DNA from: Octopus sinensis | Lineage: Eukaryota | Direction of reading: 5' to 3' | Length of the DNA stretch: 64,000 nucleotides | Assembly (NCBI RefSeq): GCF_006345805.1 | Contig: NW_021831864.1 | Coordinates: 52 to 64,051, forward strand | Part shown: one piece after another, positions 53,831 through 64,000 of the stretch | Layout: each line of letters begins with the position of its first letter | How positions within the stretch are numbered: position 1 is the stretch's first letter | Translations under genes and position numbers: made by a program | The notes under the pieces: generated by a model | What the model was told of the DNA's origin: nothing | The model's database searches: none | What the model saw: only the letters and a program-made list of their open reading frames with translations

Positions 53831-55559
53831 ATATCATGTTTTCCAATTTAAAAAAAAAAAATTTATGATCACCTTATCAGTAAACTTCTTTTAGTTTAAT
53901 ACTAATATTATGTTTCATTTGAGTTTTATTTTTTACCTTTTCTGGCTCTAAAACCCTTTAAAAACCTTAAAAAGGGCCAAAACTATGAAATCAGCCTTTT
54001 TTTAGGCCCTTTGAAATTTAAAACTATAAAATCAGGATTTTTAACTCTTAAGCGAAAAAAACCCCAAAACAAAAAAACTATATAGTTTTTGGGTTCTAAA
54101 GCCCCCAAAAAGGCTGATTTTATAGTTTTGGCACTTTTAACCCTTTAATGTTTAAAATGGCCAAAACCCATTGTATCTGATTCCTCGACGAAATCTTTTT
54201 AGAAAATAAACAAATCATATTAGTGAATTCTCATAGCTTTGAGATAATGTAAGGGCTTTTCTTCTAGAAAGCAGAGAAGTGGGTGAAAAGCACAATTAAC
54301 TGAGGAGGATGTCAACATAGAAAATATTAACTTCCATAAAGTGGAAAAAATAAATGGAAGGGAAAAAGCTGGTAAATATTTCGGTGTCAATGGAAATAAT
54401 TGTTATGTGGTAGTAGGGCATGCTAGAAATAACAGCCAAATCTTTTCTGGAAAAAGGAGCCATTTATGCATGATTTCGATGTCAGATTCATTGAAAGCAT
54501 GCAAAATAATCTGGAAAAGAAAAAAAGGACTCGTGAAACAAAATTCCCTTTGTGGGAAACTTCAAGGTCTCTACCACCCCTCCCACCTTTCTTTTCTGGA
54601 AAAAAAGTAGCTTGGGGCGAGTTTGGAGTTCAGATACATTGAATGCACCCCAAAATATTATTCCACACTAAGGTATGAAATATTTACTGAAAGAATAAAA
54701 TCTTGTATCAGTTATACCTGTATTTTAATTAATTCAAATTAATGTACCTCATCTTGAAAAGTGGCAAACTTTTTGTTGGTTGCCATCTGGGATAATTTTT
54801 GTAACAAATCAAACAGATAAGATGCATTAAGAATTTCAATTTTAGTGTTTATCCATAATGTTGTTGCTTTTACACCTGTTAATTAAATTTACATACCCAT
54901 AAAAGTTAAATTAATCAGCTAAAAAAAGATCAGCTAAAATTACATAACTATCAACCAGTGGTATATAAAGCACCCACTGACACAATTTCAAATCTGTATG
55001 TAAAAAATTTACAAAGCTACAAGCAAATATTGTGGACACCCCTCCTGAGCCTGAATAATCTCTATATATAAAACAAAGGATGTCTGTTTGCGTGTGTAAT
55101 ATGTATGCATTTCTACAGTTTTCAACCGATTTTCACCAAACTTTACACACACATTACTTATGTGCCAAGGATGGCCACGCACTATAATATTTTGCTCAGA
55201 GCTCTCGCATAAAGCAAGAAATTGGGAAGAAACATGTTTTATGTTTTTTCTCTAAAAACTGCAGTTTTCAACCAATTCTCTCCCTTTTCACATTCTCTGT
55301 TTTTCTTGCTTACCTATATCATCTCTCACTCTCTGTAATAGTTCCTCTCTTTTAGTCTACACTTTTTTCCTTCCTTCTTTCTTTATTTTTTTTCGTTCTT
55401 TCTCCTTCTACATAGGAAACGAATCTGAAAACGAAAATTTTCACATTTATTATATTAAATATGTATATATACATATAAAGTATTGATCCATGATAGAAAA
55501 TTCAACAAAAAAAGTACTCCATCTTGTGAGAGATAAATATTATTTATTTAAAGGTCACA

Positions 55560-55915
55560 ATACATGTATTAAAGCGCTACTAGTAGTTTCATATGTTGAG
55601 AAATCTCAAACATATTCTTCAGACGCAAACCACATATCATAAGGTATGGATTTCTCAACTATTTTCCATTTAATCCCATGCAGTATTTCATTATCTTTCA
55701 AAGTCCATATGTATCTAGCCAACTTGGTAGCTTTACTTTTGTCCTTATGTCCTATGTGATTGGCATAGAGATTTTTAAATTCTCCTTCTCATAATCCAGC
55801 ATAGGTCTTCTTAACAGTTGCATTATTATTTACGGTTGCAGTAGCTTCTGCCTCATATATGATAGATTTAGTCATACATCGTTGGTCAAGTGGACACGAT
55901 ATAGGCCAATGTCAC
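55560..55915 (-). pseudogene. Penelope-like element GIY-YIG endonuclease remnant
   Basis: SCPLDQRCMTKSIIYEAEAT...KKTYAGL*EGEFKNLYANH...ATKLARYIWTLKDNEILHGIKWKIVEKSIPY. Confidence 0.85.
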
Positions 55916-56171
55916 GAGCCGGGTGGTGTCTATATCTCAATGTGTTTAATTATAAGAACATTTATATTAAACACATTTAGATTTAGACACCACTCGGCTC
56001 TAAATCTAATTTTAATGTGAATGTTTCTGTCTTTAATAATGTGTTACCTTTTAGAGATTCATTAAGAGAGACACAGTGTGTGCGTGTGCGTGTGTGTGTG
56101 TGTCTGTCTGTGTGCATGCACTCCTGTGCTTTAAGCTGGTCTCTAAAGGCAGAAAGTGTATTTATATTATA

Positions 56172-56582
56172 CTAGCAGCTAAGCCCGGTTTCACCCAGTC
56201 TTTTTGGATGTTGTGACTATGATTGTTTTCGGTTAGGCATAATCTATAACACCATTTCTCAACCTTATCATTTCAGGTCCCCAGTTTCGATTGGATCTCC
56301 AACTATATGAAAATTTCCTGGCTCATCCTGTCAAAAAACAGCTTCTAAGCAACTGGATGTTTTAATGGCGGAAGAAAGAGGGGAATTCCAATAGGAAAAG
56401 GTTTTTATCGATTTTCTCGGTATGTAGGGAGGCTAGGAAAAAAATACAAACTGCATTCCAATCTATGCACCCATGTGTGCCATTTTTTGCACAAATTCAT
56501 CCTGCCATTTGGTTGTGAACCTCAAGACAAGAAAGAATACAACGATCGCCCATGTCCAATTTATATTATAGATATATATAGA
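56172..56582 (-). mobile_element. Complete non-autonomous Helitron (~411 bp)
   Basis: 5' A|TCTATATATATC (56582) and 3' GACTGGGTGAAACCGGGC-TTAGCTG-CTAG|T (56172): AT target site, 3' GC hairpin region, CTAG end, no target-site duplication. Confidence 0.7.
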
Positions 56583-56914
56583 TTGGTAAACCGTCCTGTT
56601 GCTAAGGCAACTCACTCCTTTCTGATTAAATTCAACTTTGAAGATTCTTTATGTAAAGCATTGGTAAGGCATCAAAGAATAACTTGTTGAGAATTTGCTG
56701 AGCCTTGTTGATTGGCCAGTTGTAATCCAAAAGTTGTACATTAGTCTGTTAAAACACAAAGTGAAAAAAAACAGCAACAGGTTTGGTTTCCTTGCTTTCC
56801 ACATTTGAGCAGGAGTCACGGTGACTGGCATTGTGACAGGAGTACCACAACCCCAACGAAGCAATTGACCAATCACAATTGCCGTATTATGTGGTTCAAA
56901 ACCAAGGGTTGGAC

Positions 56915-57262
56915 ACATAATAATCTACATCATAAGCGGAAAGTGTAACCTCTCGAAAGAGCTGTTCTTCACTCCTGCTCCAGAGCATCGGCTGCGGGGT
57001 CATTCCGAAAAGCTCTATCTGCGACGATTTCATCTCAATCGAAGGAGAGGGGCTTTCTCCGTCCGGGTTGCGGATCCATGGAATAAGCTGCCGGACGAGA
57101 TGGTGAGGATGCCGACGATCGCTCGGTTCAAAGTCTCCCTTGACCACAAGTGGCATGAACTCTTTACATGAACACCACCCTGTACCTAACTCCATGTCCC
57201 CACTACATGGCCTTGCTTTTTGCTTTCTGAGCCAAAAAATTAACTAACTAATTAACTAACTA
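56915..57262 (+). mobile_element. CR1/L2-group LINE 3' end with (TAAC)n tail
   Basis: FFTPAPEHRLRGHSEKLYLRRFHLNRRRGAFSVRVADPWNKLPDEMVRMPTIARFKVSLDHKW..* (stop at 57169-57171), short UTR, taactaactaattaactaact. Confidence 0.85.
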
Positions 57263-57277
57263 CTTCATTTTCTTGTA

Positions 57278-58320
57278 TCTTATATATTAAAAGGCAAGTT
57301 GTCTGTCTGTCTGTTGTGTGAACCACTTCTACTCCTACAATTTTCAACTGAATTTCACTAGATTTGACATGTGTACTCTCTTTGACTTAGGACACTTTTT
57401 CTTATGATTTTTTCCTTGAAATTCCACACCCCCAACATAAATAGACTACTCTCAATTCACCAAGGATTTGAACCCACCACATCTATGCAATGGTATGTGT
57501 TTGATCTTATATATTAAAAGGCAAGTTGGCTGTCTGTCTCTGTGTGTATGTTGTGTGAACCACTTCTACTCCCACAATTTCCAACCGAATTTCACCAAAT
57601 TTGACATGTGTCCTCTCTTTGACTTGGGACGCTTTTTCGTATAATTTTTTCCTCAAAATTCTGCACTCCCAGCATAAATAGACTACTCTCAATTTGCCTA
57701 GGATTTGGCTTGAGCCAGTGAAAAACGTAACATGCCCAACTGGGAAAAATCAATACTTTACTTTGTCAGCTGTGGCAAGCTCTTATCGACTGCTTGCACA
57801 GTACTGCCAGCAATATTCATTTGCAAGCTATGATTTGCCTCTGTTTACACATGAGTGCTTTTTTCCATATAACTATTCCAACTTAAACTAGCCACTTCAA
57901 AACTCTTACCCAAAATCAATTCAGTCTGCTTGAAAAACATTTTTACAAACTACATGTTACTATTTTTTGGGTGCTATACATTCACCGCTTTTTCCTTAGG
58001 ACTTTTTCTATTGCATAAACTGATAATTTTCCACCATACCTCGACACAAAAGTTCCAATATAGGTGGGCAAACAAATGCTGCAAAGAAAAGTAAACGCAT
58101 GCATGCAAATGAATCTGCTGAAAACGCCGCCAGGAGGAACTCTCTCAATGCACATAGGATGGCTTCAGTGCGAAGAAGGGAAAGTGAGGAGCAGCGTTGT
58201 GAATGGTTAGCACAACGAGCCATCCAGAGCAATGAGCAATGTTCAGCACGCCGAACAAGAAATGCTTCCTCTACTACTGCTGTACGAGCTGCAGCACAAT
58301 GTGCAACATAAACTTGTTTT
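57278..58320 (+). mobile_element. Helitron 5' region with duplicated 5' end and N-terminal ORF remnant
   Basis: A|TCTTATATATTAAAAGGCAAGTTG at 57278 and 57505 (227-bp duplication); ORF 58099-58311 (ESAENAARR..RRRESEEQRCEWLAQRA) resembles the charged repeats at the start of Helitron Rep/Hel proteins. A related 5' end lies at ~55059. Confidence 0.6.
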
Positions 58321-58569
58321 TAGGTGATTTCTGTAATGTTTATGAGGTGGTCAAGTCACAGAGTCTGTAGAGCACCAGATAGGTTGATTTGTGGCAATCC
58401 TTCTGACTCTTTGCGATGCTGAAATCAATTTTGTCTTTGATCACTTTGGAGTCAATAAACAAAGTATTGGGGTCAATTCTTCTCAGCCTCTCACTTTTTC
58501 TTTCTGTTTCTCTCTCCCTCTTTTTAGAAGAAACCAGTTTTGGTCATTCTTGCAGAAGGATGGCCTTGA

Positions 58570-58800
58570 CATCATCCTCCTCATTGTTTAATGTCCTCTT
58601 TCCATGATGGCATAGGTTGGATTGTTTGAAATGGAGCTGGCCAGGCTCCAGTTGTCTGTTGTGGCATGGTATCTACAGCTAGATGTCCTTCCTAATGCCA
58701 ACCACTTAACAGAATGTGCTGGGTGCATTTTACATGCCACTGGCAAGGGTGTGTTGACACAACCCCAGCGTGGGAGTGTTTTTATGTTGCACCCACCCCT
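58570..58800 (-). mobile_element. Old family-B SINE-like copy (another at ~60097-60300)
   Basis: catc..tttaatgtcc..tttccatg..ctacagctagatgtccttcctaatgccaaccac. Confidence 0.7.
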
Positions 58801-59169
58801 GAAAGGACAAGCTTTTTACTTAGCTTCACATGATTTTTCAAGTACAGCAAATCACCACATCTCCTGGTCCCTCCGGGTTTAAAAATACCCAAGACATGCC
58901 ATTTCTGACCATAGTGCCCCATACAACCCTATCAAGGAATTGAGGGCCCAACACAAAGCTGTATTTATAAATTAGGTTCATCTGGTTGAGTTTGGTGGGT
59001 GAATGGTTGGGGTGTTCTTTTGTTGAATGTATTCTATATGATGTTGTGGCATTAATCAGGCTAATCAGATTGGTACTTTTGGTTGTTATTGTTGTTGTGG
59101 TCATTGTCATTGTTTGGAAAATGTGGACAAAATGCTCAGTGACATTTCATCCATCTTTATGTTCTGGGT

Positions 59170-59310
59170 TCTAATTCCACTGAGGTCAATTTCACCTTTC
59201 ATCTCCTCAGGGTCAATAAAGTAAGTACCAGTTATACACTAGGGTTTATCTAATTGATTAACTCTCCCCCAAAGTTTCAAGCCTTGTGCCTATAGAAGAA
59301 AGAATTGTTT
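59170..59310 (+). mobile_element. MetaSINE-like fragment
   Basis: gaggtcaatttcacctttcatctcctcagggtcaataaagtaagtaccagt...gccttgtgcctatagaagaaag. Confidence 0.5.
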
Positions 59311-59749
59311 GGAAAATGTGTATTTAGATGAAGTTTGTCATACTAAATGGCATTTGTGTGGCTGTTTTATTGCAAAACATCTTTTTAAAGATTTTAAAGC
59401 TGGATTCGTTCAGAGGTGTGACTTTCAGATTTCATGGACATATGTTAGAACTCTGGTTTCTGTGAGTGAAATTAGCATTGTTCAATCAGGAATGCCATAA
59501 CTTCTTTGCAGATATTCTCAAGACAAGACGATTTTAGCAAATGTATTCGTCTATTTTAAAAATGGGAGAACTTTTGAAAAACTTTGGCTGTTATTTGTAG
59601 CATATCTGGACTGTTTGAAGGCTATATGTATTTCAGGTTTACATCAGGCATGTAAAGTGGATGTTTATGATGTGGATAGCATTATATTGTTACATGGATG
59701 GTGAATAACTTGTATTTATCTAGCATTAAATCTTGGTTTTATTTTGCAG

Positions 59750-59947
59750 GAATATCTGCCACGAGTATGGAAGGAGAAGATGAGGGCAGAACGATATTGG
59801 TGTCAGGAATCCCAACTGATTTCCGTTTGGAAGCCATTCAGTCTTATTTTGAGAACAAGAGTAGATCAAGTGGAGGACCTATTAAAGGAAAGCCAGAACG
59901 GATCCAAGATTCTGAGGAAGTTATTATCACTTTTGAATCGGAAAAAG
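59750..59947 (+). CDS. Exon of a PARP14/PARP10-like RRM-repeat protein (first visible exon)
   Basis: Acceptor ttttattttgcAG, donor G|GTTAGA. ATG at 59767 gives MEGEDEGRTILVSGIP..LEAIQSYFENKSRSSGGPI..EEVIITFESEK. The YFEN..RSxGG RRM motif is typical of PARP14/10 and NMI/IFI35-type proteins. Confidence 0.8.
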
Positions 59948-60634
59948 GTTAGAAGAAATATTCTTTATTTCATGAAATCATTTACAGACATCATCATTGT
60001 CATCATTTAATATCTGTTGTCCATGCTTGCATAGGTTGGACAATTTGCACATAATTACTGTGAACACATTAGATTAATATAAAGCAATGTTAAAAATCAT
60101 CATCATCGTCATTTAACATTCATTTTCCATATTTGCTTGCATTGAATAGTTTGACAGGATCTGGTGAGCAGCATTGACCTCTGGGGTCAGCTTTGGCATG
60201 GTTTCTATTGCTCAGTGCCCTTCCTAATGCCAACCACTTTACAGAGTGGACTGGGGACAATTTTCCTGCCATCATTACTAGTGAGGTTGCCAAGTAATGT
60301 CCAAGACAGGAAAAAAAAAAAGGAAAAACACTCCTTCTACTAAATGGAGTGAGGAACCGAAAGGGTTATGTAGGGGTTATGCTAGGTATTGAAAGGCTAA
60401 AGTGTGATCAAGGAGGTACAATAGAGAAACTGTAGAGCAGTGTTCTATTCCAAGTTGTCACACCATTCTGTATCCGCTCATTAAAATTCTTTAGTCATCA
60501 ACAATCTGGCAGTCATGGGTAGGCTTTTATAACGAAGAGGTCTCAAAACTGAAACGTGCTTGGAGTTGTCTCTCTGCTGCTAAATTCATTCCTTCACCTT
60601 AACCTGAAGGAATATCAAATGGCATATATATATA

Positions 60635-60670
<36 letters not shown>

Positions 60671-61495
60671 CTGATCACGTGACCGACCAGGCTATCAGAT
60701 GCTGCTACAAATCGGTGGTCACAATGCGCTTTGCATTGTTTTAGCCTTCAAATGACGCCACCCCGCTGGCTAAGTGAGCAGGCCAATATATATATATATA
60801 TATATAAATATTTTTTTTTATTTATAAAAATTTAAATTTCAAGGTTATGTTCCTCTCGTTTCTTGGCATGGGTCTGTCACGAAGATAATGAGTCTCTCTT
60901 TTCATTAAGGGACTAATTTTAATTGAAATTTTGCAGTGCACTTCATTAAATGTTTTGACATATTCTGATATTCAAATATTCTACTCTTTATTGGAAAATA
61001 GGCTTACATATTGGTCTGCTCAGGATAAAGCTTTTTATTGGCAATTGTCTTTGTGAATGACTACTGTTTCCTCTAAGTACTGTATGTGCGTATACACATA
61101 AGTGTGTATATGTTTATCTGATCACACACACACACATCCTATGATGGCCACAGTTTCTCTCTTCCAAATATCAGTCACAAGGCTCTGGTCATCTTGAGGC
61201 TGTGGTAGAAGATACTTGCTCAATGTGCTGTTGAACTAGAGCCAGTTAATTGTACAGGGAACCTCATAATCCTTTCAGCTATCGAACAAAGGGGCCTCTA
61301 AGTGATGACTTGATCTGCTAGAAAAGGCAGTTAAATCTTCTTCATGTACCACCTAACATCATAAACAAGGAAGGACACTTGGACATGTTTATGACCAGAA
61401 AGTGTCTGACCTGGTTCTACACCAACACAACCATGCCCTCCACTCATTAATAATGACATTATATTCTCAATTTCTTCTGCTATTTTGATTTTCAG

Positions 61496-61732
61496 ATGCA
61501 GAAAATGTTGTCCAAAGGAAGGTCCATAATGTAAGCAAACATAAACTTCATGTGGACTGGTATAAAAATCTAGTCTGGCAAGAAGATGCAGTGATTGTGT
61601 CAAATGGCCCCAAAGACATGTCGGAAAAAATGTTAATTGATTTTTTGGAAAAGACAGGAAAATTGGATATTGTATATGTTTCCCCTGGAAGAAAAGCTGG
61701 AACTTTTCTTGTGTATTGCCAAAATGAAATTG
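61496..61732 (+). CDS. Next exon of the same gene (end of RRM1, start of RRM2)
   Basis: Acceptor ttttgattttcAG, donor G|GTAAGT; 237 nt, phase 1 to 1, in frame with the previous exon: DAENVVQRKVHNVSKHKLHVDWY..DAVIVSNGPKDMSEKMLIDFLE..GTFLVYCQNEI. Confidence 0.82.
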
Positions 61733-61822
61733 GTAAGTTTCTTCAAGTTTAATTTGTTTTGAAAAAGATTTCTTGAATTTTGTTTTGTTAATAGGATTGG
61801 TATATCTTTTGTGTTTTAATTG

Positions 61823-62213
61823 TTTTAGTCTAATGACTCAGGCCATGCTGGGGCACCACCTTGAAGATCTTTTTTAGTTAAATGAATCGACCCTAGTGGT
61901 TCTTAATTTTTAAAACCTAGAAACTTTTATCATTCCATTTTGCTGATCTGTTAAGTTACAGGAACATAAACACATTGACACCAGTCATCAAGCAGTAGCG
62001 GGTAACAAATAGACACAACGACACAAACACACACACACACACATACATACTGGGCTTCTTTCAGTTTCCATCTACCAAATTCACTCACAATGCCTTGGTT
62101 GAACTGAGGCTACAGTAGAAGATTCTCACCCAAAGTGCCACACAGTGGGACTGAACCCAGAACCATGTGGTTGGGAAGCAAACTTCTTAGCACACAGCCC
62201 TGTCTGCACCTAT
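61823..62213 (-). mobile_element. SINE family A, diverged intronic copy
   Basis: ggccatgctggggcaccacc ... cttctttcagtttccatctaccaaattcactcac ... gtgggactgaacccagaaccatgtgg. Confidence 0.75.
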
Positions 62214-62887
62214 TTATATCTTTTATTTCTTCCCAGATTTTGCTTTTTGGTTTCTCACATTTATCAGGAAAGGAAGAAATTTGTCAGGAATGATGGTTAT
62301 CAGGCAGGAAATCAGAAATATTAGAGATGATGTTTTATCAGTGAAACTGATTCCAGTATTTGACCGTTCCTTCAGTTTCTAAACATTGGAAAGAGGGAAA
62401 GTAAATGGAATATTTTACCATCTTTGTTTGATTGATAGAGGGAACTTGTTACAAATGTAATTTCTATCTAAAACAAAATGGAAAGAAAACTGAGTCTTTA
62501 CCTTGTAAATGCATATTACTGAATAATAATACAAATATATAGTTTAATTCTAAAACAAAATATATTTTGTTAGTCTTGGGAGGGTCATTGTGCCAATGAT
62601 AAACACATGCACAGGTCTGCCTGTCTTTTACTTTTAATTATAGTTTCAATATAAAACGAATATGTTGAGTAATGATACTCTCATAATATTGAACACATCA
62701 AACTAAAATTTTCAAATCAATAAAATTCTACAAAGGACTTTCCACACAGGATTATATATTCGGTTGATGTGATTTTTTCTTTTGTCTGTTGTTTCACCTC
62801 TCCATTTTATTTACCTTTTCTCACTACAGACTCTGAAACATTTCTTCTTTCTTCTAGCACTTTCATCTTTATAATTCAGAGCATTCC

Positions 62888-63607
62888 TTAACTATTTAGC
62901 ATTCAGATTAATCTGTCAAGCTTTCTGCTTATTTATTCACATCATTTCGTATTAATCATGCATTATCTCATAGCTTTGAAATTTTGACGAGGTAATTGTT
63001 AATTTTTAGAATGATATTGTATGGTTGGTGTAAGAGGCCAGATATCATCATCATCATCATTGTTTAAAGTCCGCTTTCCATGCTGGTATGGGTTGGACGA
63101 TTTTGACTGAAGGCTGGCAAACCAGATGGCTGCACCAGGCTCCAATCTTGATCTGGCAGAGTTTCTACAGCTGGATGCCCTTCCTAATGCCAGCCACTCC
63201 GATAGTGTAGTGGGTGCTTTTATGTGCCACCGGCACAGGTGCCAGTTAGGCAGTACTGGCAACCTCGCACAAATTTTTTTATACATGCCACCGGCACAGG
63301 TGCCAGTAAGGTGATGTTGGTAACGATCACGCTCGAATGGTGCCCTTTTACGTGCCACTGGCACAGAAGCCAGTTGGCTGCTCTGGCAACAATCACACTT
63401 GGATGGTGCTCTTGGCACCCTACTAGCACGGGCGCAAGTGCCAGTAAGGTGATGCTGGTAATGATCTGGTAACGATCACACTCGAATGGTGCCTTTTATG
63501 TGCCACTGGCACGGATGCCGGTTAGCCGCTCTGTCAATGATCACACTCGTATGGTGCTCTTTGCACCCTGCTAGTAGATATGGCCTGTTTAAATGTTCAG
63601 GGGTTAA
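62888..63607. mobile_element. TTAA-flanked (piggyBac-like) MITE split by a family-B element (63046-63575, minus)
   Basis: TTAA at 62888 and 63604 with degenerate ends (ctatttagcattca / tgttcagggg). The interior holds (CAT)n-tailed family B with diverged GTGCC..GGCAC repeats. Confidence 0.45.
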
Positions 63608-64000
63608 ACATTCTGCATTCTCATTTCTTTGCATTTCTTAACATCTTCTGGAGTCTTTATATTCTTCATCCTTACCCTGACTCATCTCAGTTCTCTGCAC
63701 ACCTTCTTTCTACCTGTGTTTCTATGCTGCTGTGTGTGCATGTGTGTGTTGTCCATTGCCTTACACCCTGTTGATGCTGTTAAAGTATTGTTTTGAACTG
63801 ATGAACAGGGAGATGAGGCAAGGATTGCAGAGGACCAGTGTTCAAAGGAGAAAGAATCTGGTATAATTGAGGGGATGGAGTTGGATACAAGAAGGGTGAC
63901 ATGAGATGGAACAATGAGTGGATCAAAGAGCCTGAATGGCAATGGTATAAAATCAACCAGAGAGACGAAACAGGGGCCCTCATAGCAGTGATAGAAAAGA

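Noticed and set aside
62800-62892. Strong acceptor (ctttttctcactacAG-like tract) as a third exon of the RRM gene
   Set aside because: The phase-compatible frame stops after ~20 codons at a MITE boundary, with no donor and no recognisable homology.
63680-64000. Possible LINE RT C-terminal remnant on the minus strand
   Set aside because: Only vague similarity across frameshifts, and cut by the window end.

Overview
AT-rich, repeat-dominated eukaryotic DNA. The SINE, MITE, Penelope and microsatellite landscape looks like an octopod cephalopod (recognised from memory, not searched). There are no prokaryotic operons, rRNA or tRNA genes, or CRISPR arrays, and almost all supplied ORFs are low-complexity artefacts. 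Main contents: (i) 1-9 kb: tRNA-derived SINEs, a mariner MITE, two fold-back palindromes and three short (TA)n-flanked cassettes carrying minimal hammerhead-ribozyme motifs. (ii) 9-15 kb: three 5'-truncated R4/Dong-type retrotransposon copies with a restriction-like endonuclease (RLE), abutting TAA/GAT repeats, plus a 1.6-kb tandem duplication. (iii) 14.5-40.4 kb: a large (ATT/CTT)n field. From 21.4 to 35.5 kb it alternates with a 49/37-bp AAAATTTT satellite to form a composite higher-order repeat with fold-back orientation switches. (iv) 40-59 kb: decayed Helitron, hAT, CRE, CR1 and Penelope fragments, a templated-insertion rearrangement and minisatellite-bearing SINE-like elements. (v) Two phase-compatible exons (59750-59947, 61496-61732) of a PARP14/PARP10-like RRM protein. 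Coordinates were counted by hand (expect an error of a few bp) and family names come from motif recognition, not database searches.
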